IMG/VR virus record: IMGVR_UViG_3300021431_000017
Reading direction: 5' to 3' (one strand)
Source of the DNA: an uncultured virus (IMG/VR IMGVR_UViG_3300021431_000017)
Taxonomy: Duplodnaviria > Heunggongvirae > Uroviricota > Caudoviricetes
Length of the DNA: 64,000 nucleotides
The translations under genes and the position numbers were made by a program. The notes beneath the pieces are model-generated. The model did not search any database. It was not told the origin of the DNA and saw only the letters and a program-made list of their open reading frames with translations. Positions 20,054 through 29,728 of the stretch are shown piece after piece. Numbering within the stretch: position 1 is the first letter of the stretch; every line of letters starts with the position of its first letter.

Positions 20054-21074
20054 GTTAGATGAACTTATTAAGGAAGTAAACAGAAAAGCAAAAGAAGAAA
20101 TCATTACAGTCGGATTAAATGAATATTCGTACAAACGAATTCCGTTTACGTCACCTAGAATGAACTATTGTACGTTCGGTGGTTTACCTGTCGGTAAGTT
20201 GATTGAATTCTACGGAGAAGAACACGGCGGTAAAACAACCACTGCTCTTGATATCGTAGCGAATTATCAGCATATGGAAGATGCAAGAGATGTTCTGTAT
20301 GTGGACGCTGAAAATACACTTGATGTAGAATGGGCAAAAAAGATTGGGGTTGATATTGATAAGATGATTATTATGCAACCCAAATCTCAGTCAGCAGAGC
20401 AGATATTCCAAATTATCTGTGATGCGATTGAAACAGATGAAGTTGGTCTTTGGGTTCTTGATAGTATTGGTGTTCTGCTTTCTCAGCAGGAATGGGATAA
20501 GACACTTGAAGATAAAACTTACGGCGGTATTTCAAAACCGCTTACTCAGTTTAGTAAGAGGGTAGAGTCTCTTATGGCAAGACATCGTTGTACTGGTATT
20601 GGCATTAATCAGATGCGTGAAGTAATAGGCAGTCAGTTTCCTATGCAGACAACACCGGGCGGTAAAGCGTGGAAACATTGTTGTGCAGTGCGTATGCAAT
20701 TCAGCAGGGGTAAGTTTATTGACGAGAAGGGAAATGAACTTACGAGAGGTGCTGAAAATCCAGCAGGTAATATCGTGTTGATGAACATGACCAAAAATAA
20801 GTCTTGTCCGCCTACTCGTAGAGTTGGTATGTATACGCTGAATTATGAGTATGGAATTGATTATCTGAAAGACCTTGTAGACGTTGCTATCAAATACGGA
20901 ATTATCGATAAACGAGGTGCTTGGTTCAGTATTATCGATATTGAAAGTGGTGAAGTATTTGTAGATAAAATTCAAGGTCAAGCTAATGTGTACGCATTGC
21001 TTGATGAGGATGAAAATCTTACTCGGCAAATAGAAAAACTTGTGGATAATCAGATGTATAAAAATCAGTCATAA
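20043..21074 (+). CDS. recA: RecA/UvsX-like recombinase
   Basis: GGLPVGKLIEFYGEEHGGKTT, VDAE, LDS, INQMRE, TPGGKAWK, GAWF. Confidence 0.92.
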   Translation: MGSKLDELIKEVNRKAKEEIITVGLNEYSYKRIPFTSPRMNYCTFGGLPVGKLIEFYGEEHGGKTTTALDIVANYQHMEDARDVLYVDAENTLDVEWAKKIGVDIDKMIIMQPKSQSAEQIFQIICDAIETDEVGLWVLDSIGVLLSQQEWDKTLEDKTYGGISKPLTQFSKRVESLMARHRCTGIGINQMREVIGSQFPMQTTPGGKAWKHCCAVRMQFSRGKFIDEKGNELTRGAENPAGNIVLMNMTKNKSCPPTRRVGMYTLNYEYGIDYLKDLVDVAIKYGIIDKRGAWFSIIDIESGEVFVDKIQGQANVYALLDEDENLTRQIEKLVDNQMYKNQS

Positions 21075-21120
21075 TCGACTGATTTTTTAGTTGTACAAAA
21101 TAAGCAACATGTTGTATAAT
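21060..21120 (+). promoter_or_regulatory. terminator followed by a promoter
   Basis: AAAATCAGTC/GACTGATTTT hairpin + T run, then TTGTAC-18 bp-TATAAT. Confidence 0.65.
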
Positions 21121-21134
21121 GTTCATGTCAGAGA

Positions 21135-22308
21135 ATGACAGAAAGTGAGGACCTGAGAGTGAACGAATTTACTAGAGTGAAGATGGTTAGAGCAATGGAA
21201 TTTATCGCAAGACAGATAAACGATGAGGACATTTTTGATGCTTGGTTAATGTTCGGTGTTGCTGATGGTGATGACCTGAATGATGATGAGTATATCGCCC
21301 ATTGTTATTGTGATGATACGACATTTGCAGAACTGATGGATTGTTTTCTCAGATTGATGGCACGGGCTTATCGTTCCGGCGGTTTGTACTGTGATGATGT
21401 AGTAAGTGATAGGGAGAAATAATATGCTGACGATGCTGAGTAATTGGAAAGGTTCAGTTGAGATAAACGGTGTCAATTATGACACTATCGCTGACGCATT
21501 AAAAAACGCTGATACAAGCGCATTAAAGAATATTGATATCAGACTTCACGCTACATCAAAACGTGCTGAGAATGCATCTAAAACGAGCGTTGAGAGCGTT
21601 TCAGACGTACAGCAGTACAAAGTCACTGTAAAACAGTATATGACAAAGAAAGGTTCAAGAGATTTTGACTTCATGATTAAGTGGAACAATGATAATCCGA
21701 TGCCGTTCAGAACAATGATTGGTACTGTTGAAAAAGAAACTCGTGGAATGGTTTATATGAATCTTCACGCTGACATTTGGGCGAATACAATTCCAGTGTG
21801 TATGAAATGCGGAAGACCGCTGACGAATAAAATCAGTCAGTACTTCGGAATTGGACCTGAGTGTGGCGGTCATAACTATGTGAATCCGTTTAACAGTGAA
21901 GAGGAACTTAATATAGCCGTTGCGAATTATAGAAAGGAGTTGCAGAAAGTTACATGGAGCGGATGGATTATTAAGTCAGCAATTCTTGAAAAGGAGACGA
22001 TATGACAACTGAGGAGTATTACGAAATTCTGAAACGAAATTGGGAATTAGTTGACCAGAACAACATTAACGACATTAAAGCCTATAACGAGTTTAAGAGA
22101 AGATTAAGGGAGGAAATCGATTATGGCAAAGACAACAAATAAGTATTGGATTTATCTTGAAGAACTTCGCAGAAGTGGTGAGACAAACATGTTTGGCGCA
22201 GTTCCTTATCTGACAGCAGAGTTTGAAGATGAGGGCATGACAAGAAAACAGGCATCTGCAATTCTCGCAGATTGGATGAAGAACTATAACCCGGATGATT
22301 ATGAGTAA
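21135..22308 (+). CDS. small hypothetical proteins (21135-21422 acidic; 21424-22005 with DUF6011-like Zn finger; 22123-22308)
   Basis: CMKCGRPLT...GIGPEC motif; LEELRRSGETNMFGA motif. Confidence 0.65.
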
Positions 22309-22699
22309 GATAAGGTATATTGATAATATGTTAAATCAGAATATGGTTACGGAAGAACAGCGTGAAAAGCATTACACAGTAAAGCAGGCATCTGAGCGTA
22401 TTGGAATTGATTATTCGACACTGAATAAAGCATGTCATTCTGGCAAAATCAGATGCAGTACAGTGCCTAATCCTAGCGGAAATGGAAATAAGTTTCTGAT
22501 TCCGGAATCTGCGTTGATGGAATATGACGCAAATCGAGAAAGACGGAACACCAAATCTCAGTCTGCTGATTCAATGACAGTTGAAGATTTGGCTAATGAG
22601 ATTCTGCGCAGAGTTAAGAATGCCTATGATGAAGGTTATCGTCAGGGTCGTAAAGATGCTAAGACTGAGTTTATGTCTGCGTTTAAGGGTATTAAATGA
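22295..22699 (+). CDS. excisionase/MerR-type HTH DNA-binding protein
   Basis: YTVKQASERIGIDYSTLNKACHSGKI...FLIPES. Confidence 0.75.
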   Translation: MIMSKIRYIDNMLNQNMVTEEQREKHYTVKQASERIGIDYSTLNKACHSGKIRCSTVPNPSGNGNKFLIPESALMEYDANRERRNTKSQSADSMTVEDLANEILRRVKNAYDEGYRQGRKDAKTEFMSAFKGIK

Positions 22700-23037
22700 A
22701 TAAACCCACAAGATTCTACAGCAATCGACAGGAGAAGAAAGTAGCCACTGCTGTTAAGGGTAAAAAAACTGCTAACAGCGGTGCTACTCCCTTCTCTAAG
22801 GGTGATGTTGTTACTGAGTTGTTCTTACTAGAGTGTAAGACCAAAACTTCACCATCTAACTCTATGACTGTTAAGAAAGAGTGGATTGATAAGAATGCTG
22901 AGGAAGCGTTTGCGATGAATCGTCCGTACTCAGCAGTTGTATTAGATTTTGGTGATGGTACGAATTATTACTTAATTGATGAGAAACTGTTTAAGCGGTT
23001 AAATGAATATTTGAGAGGAGATAATTATGAACGCTAA
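22696..23037 (+). CDS. PD-(D/E)XK nuclease (Holliday-junction-resolvase-like)
   Basis: QEKKVA, NSGA, KGDV, LLECKT. Confidence 0.75.
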   Translation: MNKPTRFYSNRQEKKVATAVKGKKTANSGATPFSKGDVVTELFLLECKTKTSPSNSMTVKKEWIDKNAEEAFAMNRPYSAVVLDFGDGTNYYLIDEKLFKRLNEYLRGDNYER

Positions 23038-23260
23038 CACACAGATTAATGCTATTTTGGAACATCTTAAAGAAAACGGCGAAATCACTTCTATGGAAGC
23101 ATTTAAGCAGTACGGTTGCACAAGACTTGCGGCACGTATCTATGAACTAAGACAGCGTGGCTATAATATTGATACGTTTGAAGAAGTTGGAAAAACTCGT
23201 TACGGAACATCGTGCAAGTATGCACGGTATTATCTGGGCAGAAAGCAGAGGAATCACTAA
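23027..23260 (+). CDS. winged HTH protein
   Basis: ILEHL...ITSMEA...GCTRLAARIYELRQRGYNI. Confidence 0.75.
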   Translation: MNANTQINAILEHLKENGEITSMEAFKQYGCTRLAARIYELRQRGYNIDTFEEVGKTRYGTSCKYARYYLGRKQRNH

Positions 23261-23415
23261 TGCCGAAGAATCTGTATAGAATTGAGGTTGTTCGTCTGTA
23301 TTCCGTTGTCGCTGAAGATGAAGAACAGGCAAGAGAAGTATATGACAATGACGGCGGTGATTTAGAAGATGAATACGTTATGGATGTATATTTTCTAACA
23401 GAGTGCGAGGAGTAG
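23260..23415 (+). CDS. small acidic protein
   Basis: MPKNLYRIEVV...AEDEEQAREVYD; RBS GAGG. Confidence 0.55.
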   Translation: MPKNLYRIEVVRLYSVVAEDEEQAREVYDNDGGDLEDEYVMDVYFLTECEE

Positions 23416-23417
23416 CA

Positions 23418-24455
23418 ATGTCAGTTTCATTAGCAATTAAATACAGACCATCAACGTGGGAAGATGTTACAGAGCAGTCAGCCATTAAAACGATACTCAC
23501 TCAGCAGTTGAATACAAAAACATTCAAGCATGCATATCTGTTCTGTGGTCCTGCTGGGTGTGGTAAAACAACGTGTGCTAGAATTTTCGCAAATGATATT
23601 AATAAAGGTTTAGGAAACCCTATTGAACTTGATGCCGCAAGTAATAACGGTGTTGATGATGTTCGTAATATTATCCAGCAGTCTAAGACACAGAGTTTGG
23701 ATAGTGAGTTTAAAATCTTTATCATCGATGAGTGCCACGCATTGTCTAACAGTGCGTGGCAGGCAATGTTAAAAATCATCGAAGAACCACCTGCAAAGTC
23801 AATCTTTATATTCTGCACCACAGACCCACAGAAAATTCCAAAGACAATTCTTAGTCGAGTACAGCGGTATGATTTTCAGAGAATCAGTCAACAGGGTATT
23901 GTTGAACGCTTGTTATTTATTTGTTCTGAGGAATTAAAGATAAGTTGTACCGATGCGAAATTAGATGCGGTTCAATACATAGCGAAGATTGCAGACGGTG
24001 GTATGCGAGATGCGATTACATTACTTGATAAATGCTTGTCGTATGACGCTGATTTGACGCTAGAAAACGCTGTTAGAGCATTGTCAACAGTACGCTATGA
24101 TGAGATGTTCGTCTTGACGTTTTCAGTGCTTGAAAAGCGTTCAAATGAAGCGATAGAACTGATTGAAAATATTTATAATCGTGGAACTGACTTAAAACAG
24201 TTTGTGAAGATGTACTCTCAGTTTGCCCTAAACATTAACAAGTATCTGCTTGGGTGTAATGAGAAGTATATTGATATTCCATTTACAGAAGATAATGTGC
24301 AAAAACTTCGACAGATTAATGAGGACGATTATCTAACGGTGTTACATCTTCTTAACATGCTGGTTAAGTTAGATGCGAATATCAAATATTCAGCCACAGT
24401 TAAGGCTGATGTTGAGGCGATGCTCTTGTTAGAGATTGCGGGAGAGACAGAATGA
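23418..24455 (+). CDS. dnaX: clamp loader gamma/tau subunit
   Basis: KYRP, HAYLFCGPAGCGKTT, IELDAAS, IIDECH, TILSR, GGMRDA. Confidence 0.92.
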   Translation: MSVSLAIKYRPSTWEDVTEQSAIKTILTQQLNTKTFKHAYLFCGPAGCGKTTCARIFANDINKGLGNPIELDAASNNGVDDVRNIIQQSKTQSLDSEFKIFIIDECHALSNSAWQAMLKIIEEPPAKSIFIFCTTDPQKIPKTILSRVQRYDFQRISQQGIVERLLFICSEELKISCTDAKLDAVQYIAKIADGGMRDAITLLDKCLSYDADLTLENAVRALSTVRYDEMFVLTFSVLEKRSNEAIELIENIYNRGTDLKQFVKMYSQFALNINKYLLGCNEKYIDIPFTEDNVQKLRQINEDDYLTVLHLLNMLVKLDANIKYSATVKADVEAMLLLEIAGETE

Positions 24456-25276
24456 TTGGTCAGAGATTATTGAAGATTAAACTGCAGGAGCAGATAGACG
24501 CTAATAAACTTCCACATTTCATCCTGTTAGCAGGTGCTGTCGGTAGCGGTAAGAAAACATTACTTGCCGATATGTTCAAGGACGCTATTTATTTAGAGAA
24601 CAATAAGGTTGATTCTGTCAGAAAGATGATAGAACTTGTATATAAGGTTAATTCAAAAATATTTATCATGCCAGATGCTGATGACATGTCAATTAATAGT
24701 AAGAATGCCTTATTGAAGGTTATTGAAGAATGCCCTAATAATAATTACTTTATTATGACAGTAACAGACCCGGCAAATCTATCAAACACGATAAGAAGTC
24801 GGGCGCAGTTGTATCGCATGACTGTATACACACCAGATGAAATTAAACAGTATATCGATACGAAGATTGAGCCTAATACAGAGGAAAGTCGTGTACGATT
24901 TATCGAACGCATAGCAGAAACTCCAGGTGATGTGAATGTGTTGTTGACATATGATGTTGCGGAGTTTGAAGCGTTTGTTACCTCTGTGCTTGATAGTATT
25001 GAGAAAGCAAGCGGAGCAAATGCATTTAAAATTGCCAGCAGACTTTCTACTAAAGATGGTGATGGTAAGTGGGATATTGCGTTGTTTCTCCGAGTATTTA
25101 GTAGACTGTGCCTAGACCGTTCTTGTCAGCATCTTGATGATAGGGAATTACTGATTAAGTATAGTCGTGGTGGTATTATCGCAAGTAAGTACATTCAGCA
25201 GTTAAGGTTATCAGGAATCAATCGACAGTTTCTTATAGACAGTTGGATTTTGGAGATTAGACGAGCATGGATGTAG
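24452..25276 (+). CDS. holB: clamp loader delta-prime-like subunit
   Basis: MIGQ, GSGKKT, NALLKVIEE, TIRSR. Confidence 0.8.
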   Translation: MIGQRLLKIKLQEQIDANKLPHFILLAGAVGSGKKTLLADMFKDAIYLENNKVDSVRKMIELVYKVNSKIFIMPDADDMSINSKNALLKVIEECPNNNYFIMTVTDPANLSNTIRSRAQLYRMTVYTPDEIKQYIDTKIEPNTEESRVRFIERIAETPGDVNVLLTYDVAEFEAFVTSVLDSIEKASGANAFKIASRLSTKDGDGKWDIALFLRVFSRLCLDRSCQHLDDRELLIKYSRGGIIASKYIQQLRLSGINRQFLIDSWILEIRRAWM

Positions 25277-26205
25277 CGGAATTAAAAAGTCAGATTCAAA
25301 CCGGTAAGTTAGACCAGTTTTATATCTTCACAGGAGAAGAGTGGTATCTTCAACGTCTGTATATTCAACAGATTGCGAAGCGGTTTAATGGCAGATTGAA
25401 CAGTGTAGATGATGCCAAAACGTTATTCACGCAGTTGAGCAGACGTTCCATTGTGTCGCAAAATTCTGTGTACGTTTTGCGGGATGATACTGAGATAATT
25501 AAGAAACCTGAACTTATTGATACACTGAAGTCTGTCATTGCTGAGAATGTCGTCATATTAGTGCTTTCTAGCGTTGATAAGCGCACGAAAATCTATAAGA
25601 CGTATAAAGACTCATTCATAGAGTTTTGTACGCTAGAACACGCTGTATTGAAGCGACACGTGCATAAAGAAATTGCGCTGTCAGATAGCAACACGGATAA
25701 ATTAATTGAAGTCTGTGAAGGAAATTACGGCAGAATACTGTTAGAGATTGACAAGATAAAACAACTCATGAGTTGGAATACGATGTCCAATATATCTGCT
25801 GATGATTGTTTCAAAGTGTTACTGGAAGAAAAACTTATATATCAACCACCTTATGATGCTATTTTCAACTTTGTAGATGAGGTATTATTACATCATGTGA
25901 ATTCTGCATACTCGGCTCTTGATAATTGTAAACGTATAGGAGAATCTGCTCTTGCTATATTGACGGTTCTATATAATAACGCTAAGCAGGTGTTACAAGT
26001 ACAGTCATATCACGGTAATGATTTAGTAAAAGCAACAGGTCTAACATCGTTTCAAATTAAATGTGCAAGGCAAAGATGTAATGTTTATAGCATTGGAGAC
26101 TTAGTTTATATGTTACAATTAATTCAGCAAATTGAGGTTGATATAAAGTTAGGCAACATCGCTGAATCTGCCGCAATCGATTATTTGTTAGTGAATGTGC
26201 TGTGA
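25267..26205 (+). CDS. holA: clamp loader delta subunit
   Basis: YIFTGEE, DKRTK.YK, LEIDK motifs; third gene of the loader operon. Confidence 0.8.
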   Translation: MDVAELKSQIQTGKLDQFYIFTGEEWYLQRLYIQQIAKRFNGRLNSVDDAKTLFTQLSRRSIVSQNSVYVLRDDTEIIKKPELIDTLKSVIAENVVILVLSSVDKRTKIYKTYKDSFIEFCTLEHAVLKRHVHKEIALSDSNTDKLIEVCEGNYGRILLEIDKIKQLMSWNTMSNISADDCFKVLLEEKLIYQPPYDAIFNFVDEVLLHHVNSAYSALDNCKRIGESALAILTVLYNNAKQVLQVQSYHGNDLVKATGLTSFQIKCARQRCNVYSIGDLVYMLQLIQQIEVDIKLGNIAESAAIDYLLVNVL

Positions 26206-26759
26206 GGAGTAAAATTATGAAATGTCCTTGTAAAGATTGTGAACGTAGAAGTGTTGGCTGTCACGGAAAATGTGACGATTATAAAGAATGGAAAAATAAG
26301 CATGATGCGGTCAGACAAAAAGAACGTCAGGAACGACAAAATCAATTCGGAAATTATCGGATGGGAAATCGAATCCGCTACTAAGGAATATAAGTATTGT
26401 TTACGATGCGGTAAAAAATTAAAAAATCCACTTGCAAGAAAAATTGGATACGGCCCAGTTTGTGAGAAAAAAGTGGCTGTAACGACAAAGAGGAGATTAT
26501 TTTAATGGATAATATGAGTTTGGCAACGGAGATACTCCACGAATTAAAAGCCAGTGCTAAAAGATGGTTTATTGCCTTTTGTATTATGGTTGGTTTGGAG
26601 ATTTGTACTATAATTGGATTCCTTTGGTATATCAGCCTGCCAGTGGAAGAATATACTATAGAACAAGAGTCCACCGACCGTAGTGTAAACAATATAGGAG
26701 GATATATCGATGGCATCCAAGCAGAGGGTGACTTACCGCAGACGGGCTACGAGAACTAG
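26202..26759 (+). CDS. three small proteins: Cys/His-rich 26202-26384, DUF6011-like Zn finger ending 26505, single-TM 26505-26759
   Basis: CKDC..R.VGCHGKC; CLRCGKKL...GYGPVC; hydrophobic segment. Confidence 0.6.
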
Positions 26760-26790
26760 GTCTAGTGGACGTAGGAGACGTAGCAGATAG
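26710..26790 (+). CDS. 26-aa Arg/Ser-rich basic peptide
   Basis: AGGAGG RBS then MASKQRVTYRRRATRTRSSGRRRRSR*, followed directly by a terminator. Confidence 0.6.
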   Translation: MASKQRVTYRRRATRTRSSGRRRRSR

Positions 26791-26795
26791 CAATT

Positions 26796-26827
26796 TGGAC
26801 AGTACAATATACTGTCCATTTTTATTT
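26796..26827 (+). terminator. intrinsic terminator ending the rightward operon
   Basis: TGGACAGTA/TACTGTCCA + T run. Confidence 0.7.
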
Positions 26828-27082
26828 CGCTGATTCAGCAGTATGCTATATTAAACCACGCTGTGAGACGTTGTTTAAGCGTGTTATATGACGTTTTAGT
26901 GTAATCGTGTATAGTGATACGTCTTTCACGTTTCAAGCGTTTAAACGTGCTTAGAATGCGTATAAACGATATCGATATAAGACGTTTTAAACGTGCTGTA
27001 ACGCATGAAACGCTTTTCTGATATCTTATTCAAGTTAAGTTAAAACACGCTGTAATGCGCTTATTTTAAGCGTAAAAAGCAC

Positions 27083-27128
27083 AAAAAAAAGACAGCATGC
27101 ACAAGACTATATCCTGCGCATGCTGTCT
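27083..27128 (-). terminator. intrinsic terminator ending the leftward operon
   Basis: GACAGCATGC/GCATGCTGTC hairpin with A8 on its left (T8 on the minus strand). Confidence 0.7.
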
Positions 27129-27133
27129 CCTTG

Positions 27134-29572
27134 TTAATATGCTAAGAGTAATTCCATAAAGATGATTGTTAGTTGGATTTTATTTCTATTACGTTCTCTT
27201 GCGGATATCGGATTATAAATTGGGTGATAAATATCTCTTACTATCCAATATCTTGCTTTTGCCTCTTCATACAATTCTGCGATTCTTTTATGGTAACGTT
27301 CACTTGTTACCGAATATAAATATTCTGCCTCATCTTTAGTCATTCCTTCTGACCATCTAATTGCATTAATAACTGTTTCTTTATCCAATACCATCACCTC
27401 ACTGTTCATCTTCAAATTTGTACCAATTATGCCAGAGTGCTACATAATCTCTACCTTCTTCTAATTTACCTTCACGCTGAAACTCTACCCGATAGTCACT
27501 TACCCATGGACTGCGATAGTGTTCATAGATTGCCGCCATTCCGTGTTTTGTAAATACCACGAAACTATCAAGTAATACTCCTTCAACATAATGCTCGGTG
27601 TATTCAATTTGATTCTGGTGTGCCCATTTGTTAAACTGTGCCGGATTCAGATAAAATTCCTTAATGATTGCTCCCATATTCTTTTACTCCTTTCAGCAGT
27701 TCGCGGTACATGAGAGAAGTCAGAAGATGTTCTGCCTTCTCCAGAGGATATTTATTTCTTTCCTCTTCAGTTTCTCCAAGAATCTCGCCAACGATATCAA
27801 TGGCATTATCATATGTTCTGAGATAGAAATCTCCAATATTTGTATCCGGACATTCCATGCAGTATTCTTCAAAGTATTCCAACATGTTATATGTAGGTCT
27901 GCGACCTGTACACCAGTTATTGAATCTTTCCATGATACGATGTGCCATCACAGGAAATTCTGTATCGTATCCATCATCCCAATCATCTGGGTAGCACTGT
28001 CTGATATATTCACGAATTCCAAGTTTTGCTTCCTTACTGTTTGTTCTAACTGCCATAATTTTTCTTCCTCTCTTTCTTACCACTGTTTTTTAAAGTTATT
28101 GGCGATAAGCTGTTTTTCCAACTTATTCATATCACGCTTTCCAATCTGAATCTCCACATCTGAAGAAGTCCTCATATTATAGTCTCTACGGAATGCCTTA
28201 TTATCTGTACTCAGTACGAGATAATAGGTGTTTCCATTAATGTCTCGCTTTGTCTTGAATGTGATTACCATAATTATTCTCCTTCCATTGTTTTTGCGAT
28301 GTCCTTAATAAGTTTGGTAATGTGCTTTGTTATTGCATCATAGTCCTCAACAGAGTTTGGAATATCAGTCATTAAATCGAACAGTTCATCCACAAGGCGT
28401 TTTGCTTTAAGTGTTGCGTAAATTAAATCCTCAGGATTCATTGCTGGGTCGTATGTATTCATTGCCACATTTTTAATCAAGGTATTTCTAAACAGTGAAG
28501 GTCTGATAAACTCGGGATATTCCTCATATTTTTTATTTTCAGTCATTGTAAAATTCCTTTCTAGCGTTATCTTCCCACGTTGTGATAATTGCATCCACAT
28601 ATTTAGTGCGTGTTTTTACGGCTTTCCAAATAATGTTAGCCTGTTTTTTGCTAACTCCAAACATCCACATATATGCTGGAATAAACTTTTCTTTTCGGTC
28701 ATTTCTCATTTCGAGTTCTCCTTTTCGCTGGTATAAATTTTGATATACAGTTCATCAAATGCCTGAACAAGATTATCCACAATCTGTTTTACGTAAGAAT
28801 TACGATTCTTGTCCAATGAGATACTTACAAGTCTGCAATCACCTCGGTTGAAGATATTATCTCCTTTACTCTGTTTAGAAAGACCTAAGCAGTTTCTCAT
28901 ATGCTCCTTGTCAGCGATAAATGACCATACATTGTACATGTCCTTATCGCCTTCTTTCCACTCATAGATGAAGATGAGCCACGCATTACCCTGATACAGT
29001 TTTGTGGTTATGCGATTTGTTTCATCTTTTCCTTCAAGTGGATTCCAAAGTGTTCTTTCAAAGACAGCCTCTCCACAACAATCTTTCCAATACCAATTAA
29101 GTGACATCTTATCTCTCCTCCTTTTTTCTTTCTGCCAATTCGGCTTTAACGAGATAAATCAGTGTTGCTCTGTCCATACCAAGACGAACAAGTGTTCCTT
29201 CAATCTGACGCATTTCACGCTTGTCCTGTTTCAGATAAGCGTCCACGTAATCGTGAATGTAATCAGCCAACATATTTATTCTCCTTTCTTTTCAGGAATT
29301 TCCCAAATATAACTGTTACGGTATGTTTCATAGCGGAACATCTTTTTGCCAGTTTCTGCATCTGTGTATGTCCAGCCTGCTGTGAATGCCCACCCATTAT
29401 GAGATACGATACGAAATCTTTCTCCATTGTCGTGCGCACACCATGCTTTGCAGTTTGCCAATGCTCTGTGCTTTTCAGTACTGCATCCAGATTTGTATAC
29501 CTCATGCAATTCTGTGGTTGCTACGTTGAGATACCTGCGATACTCGTATTCCAAATTTTTATATCTTACCAT
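27134..29572 (-). CDS. leftward operon of small hypothetical proteins (27134-27415, 27399-27677, 27661-28056, 28077-28271, 28274-28546, 28539-28709, 28706-29107, 29276-29572)
   Basis: Chain of overlapping minus-strand ORFs with AGGAG-type RBSs; no known motifs. Confidence 0.65.
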
Positions 29573-29728
29573 ATGCTTTCTCCTTTCTGCTTTTCGCTTG
29601 CATATTGAATGATTATATAATCATTATATAACACATTAATTATTGAAACAATAAAAATGTTTATTCCTATTAAACAATTATTCTGCCTGTACATATATCA
29701 GCACAGGCAGAATAATGAACAGTGTAGA

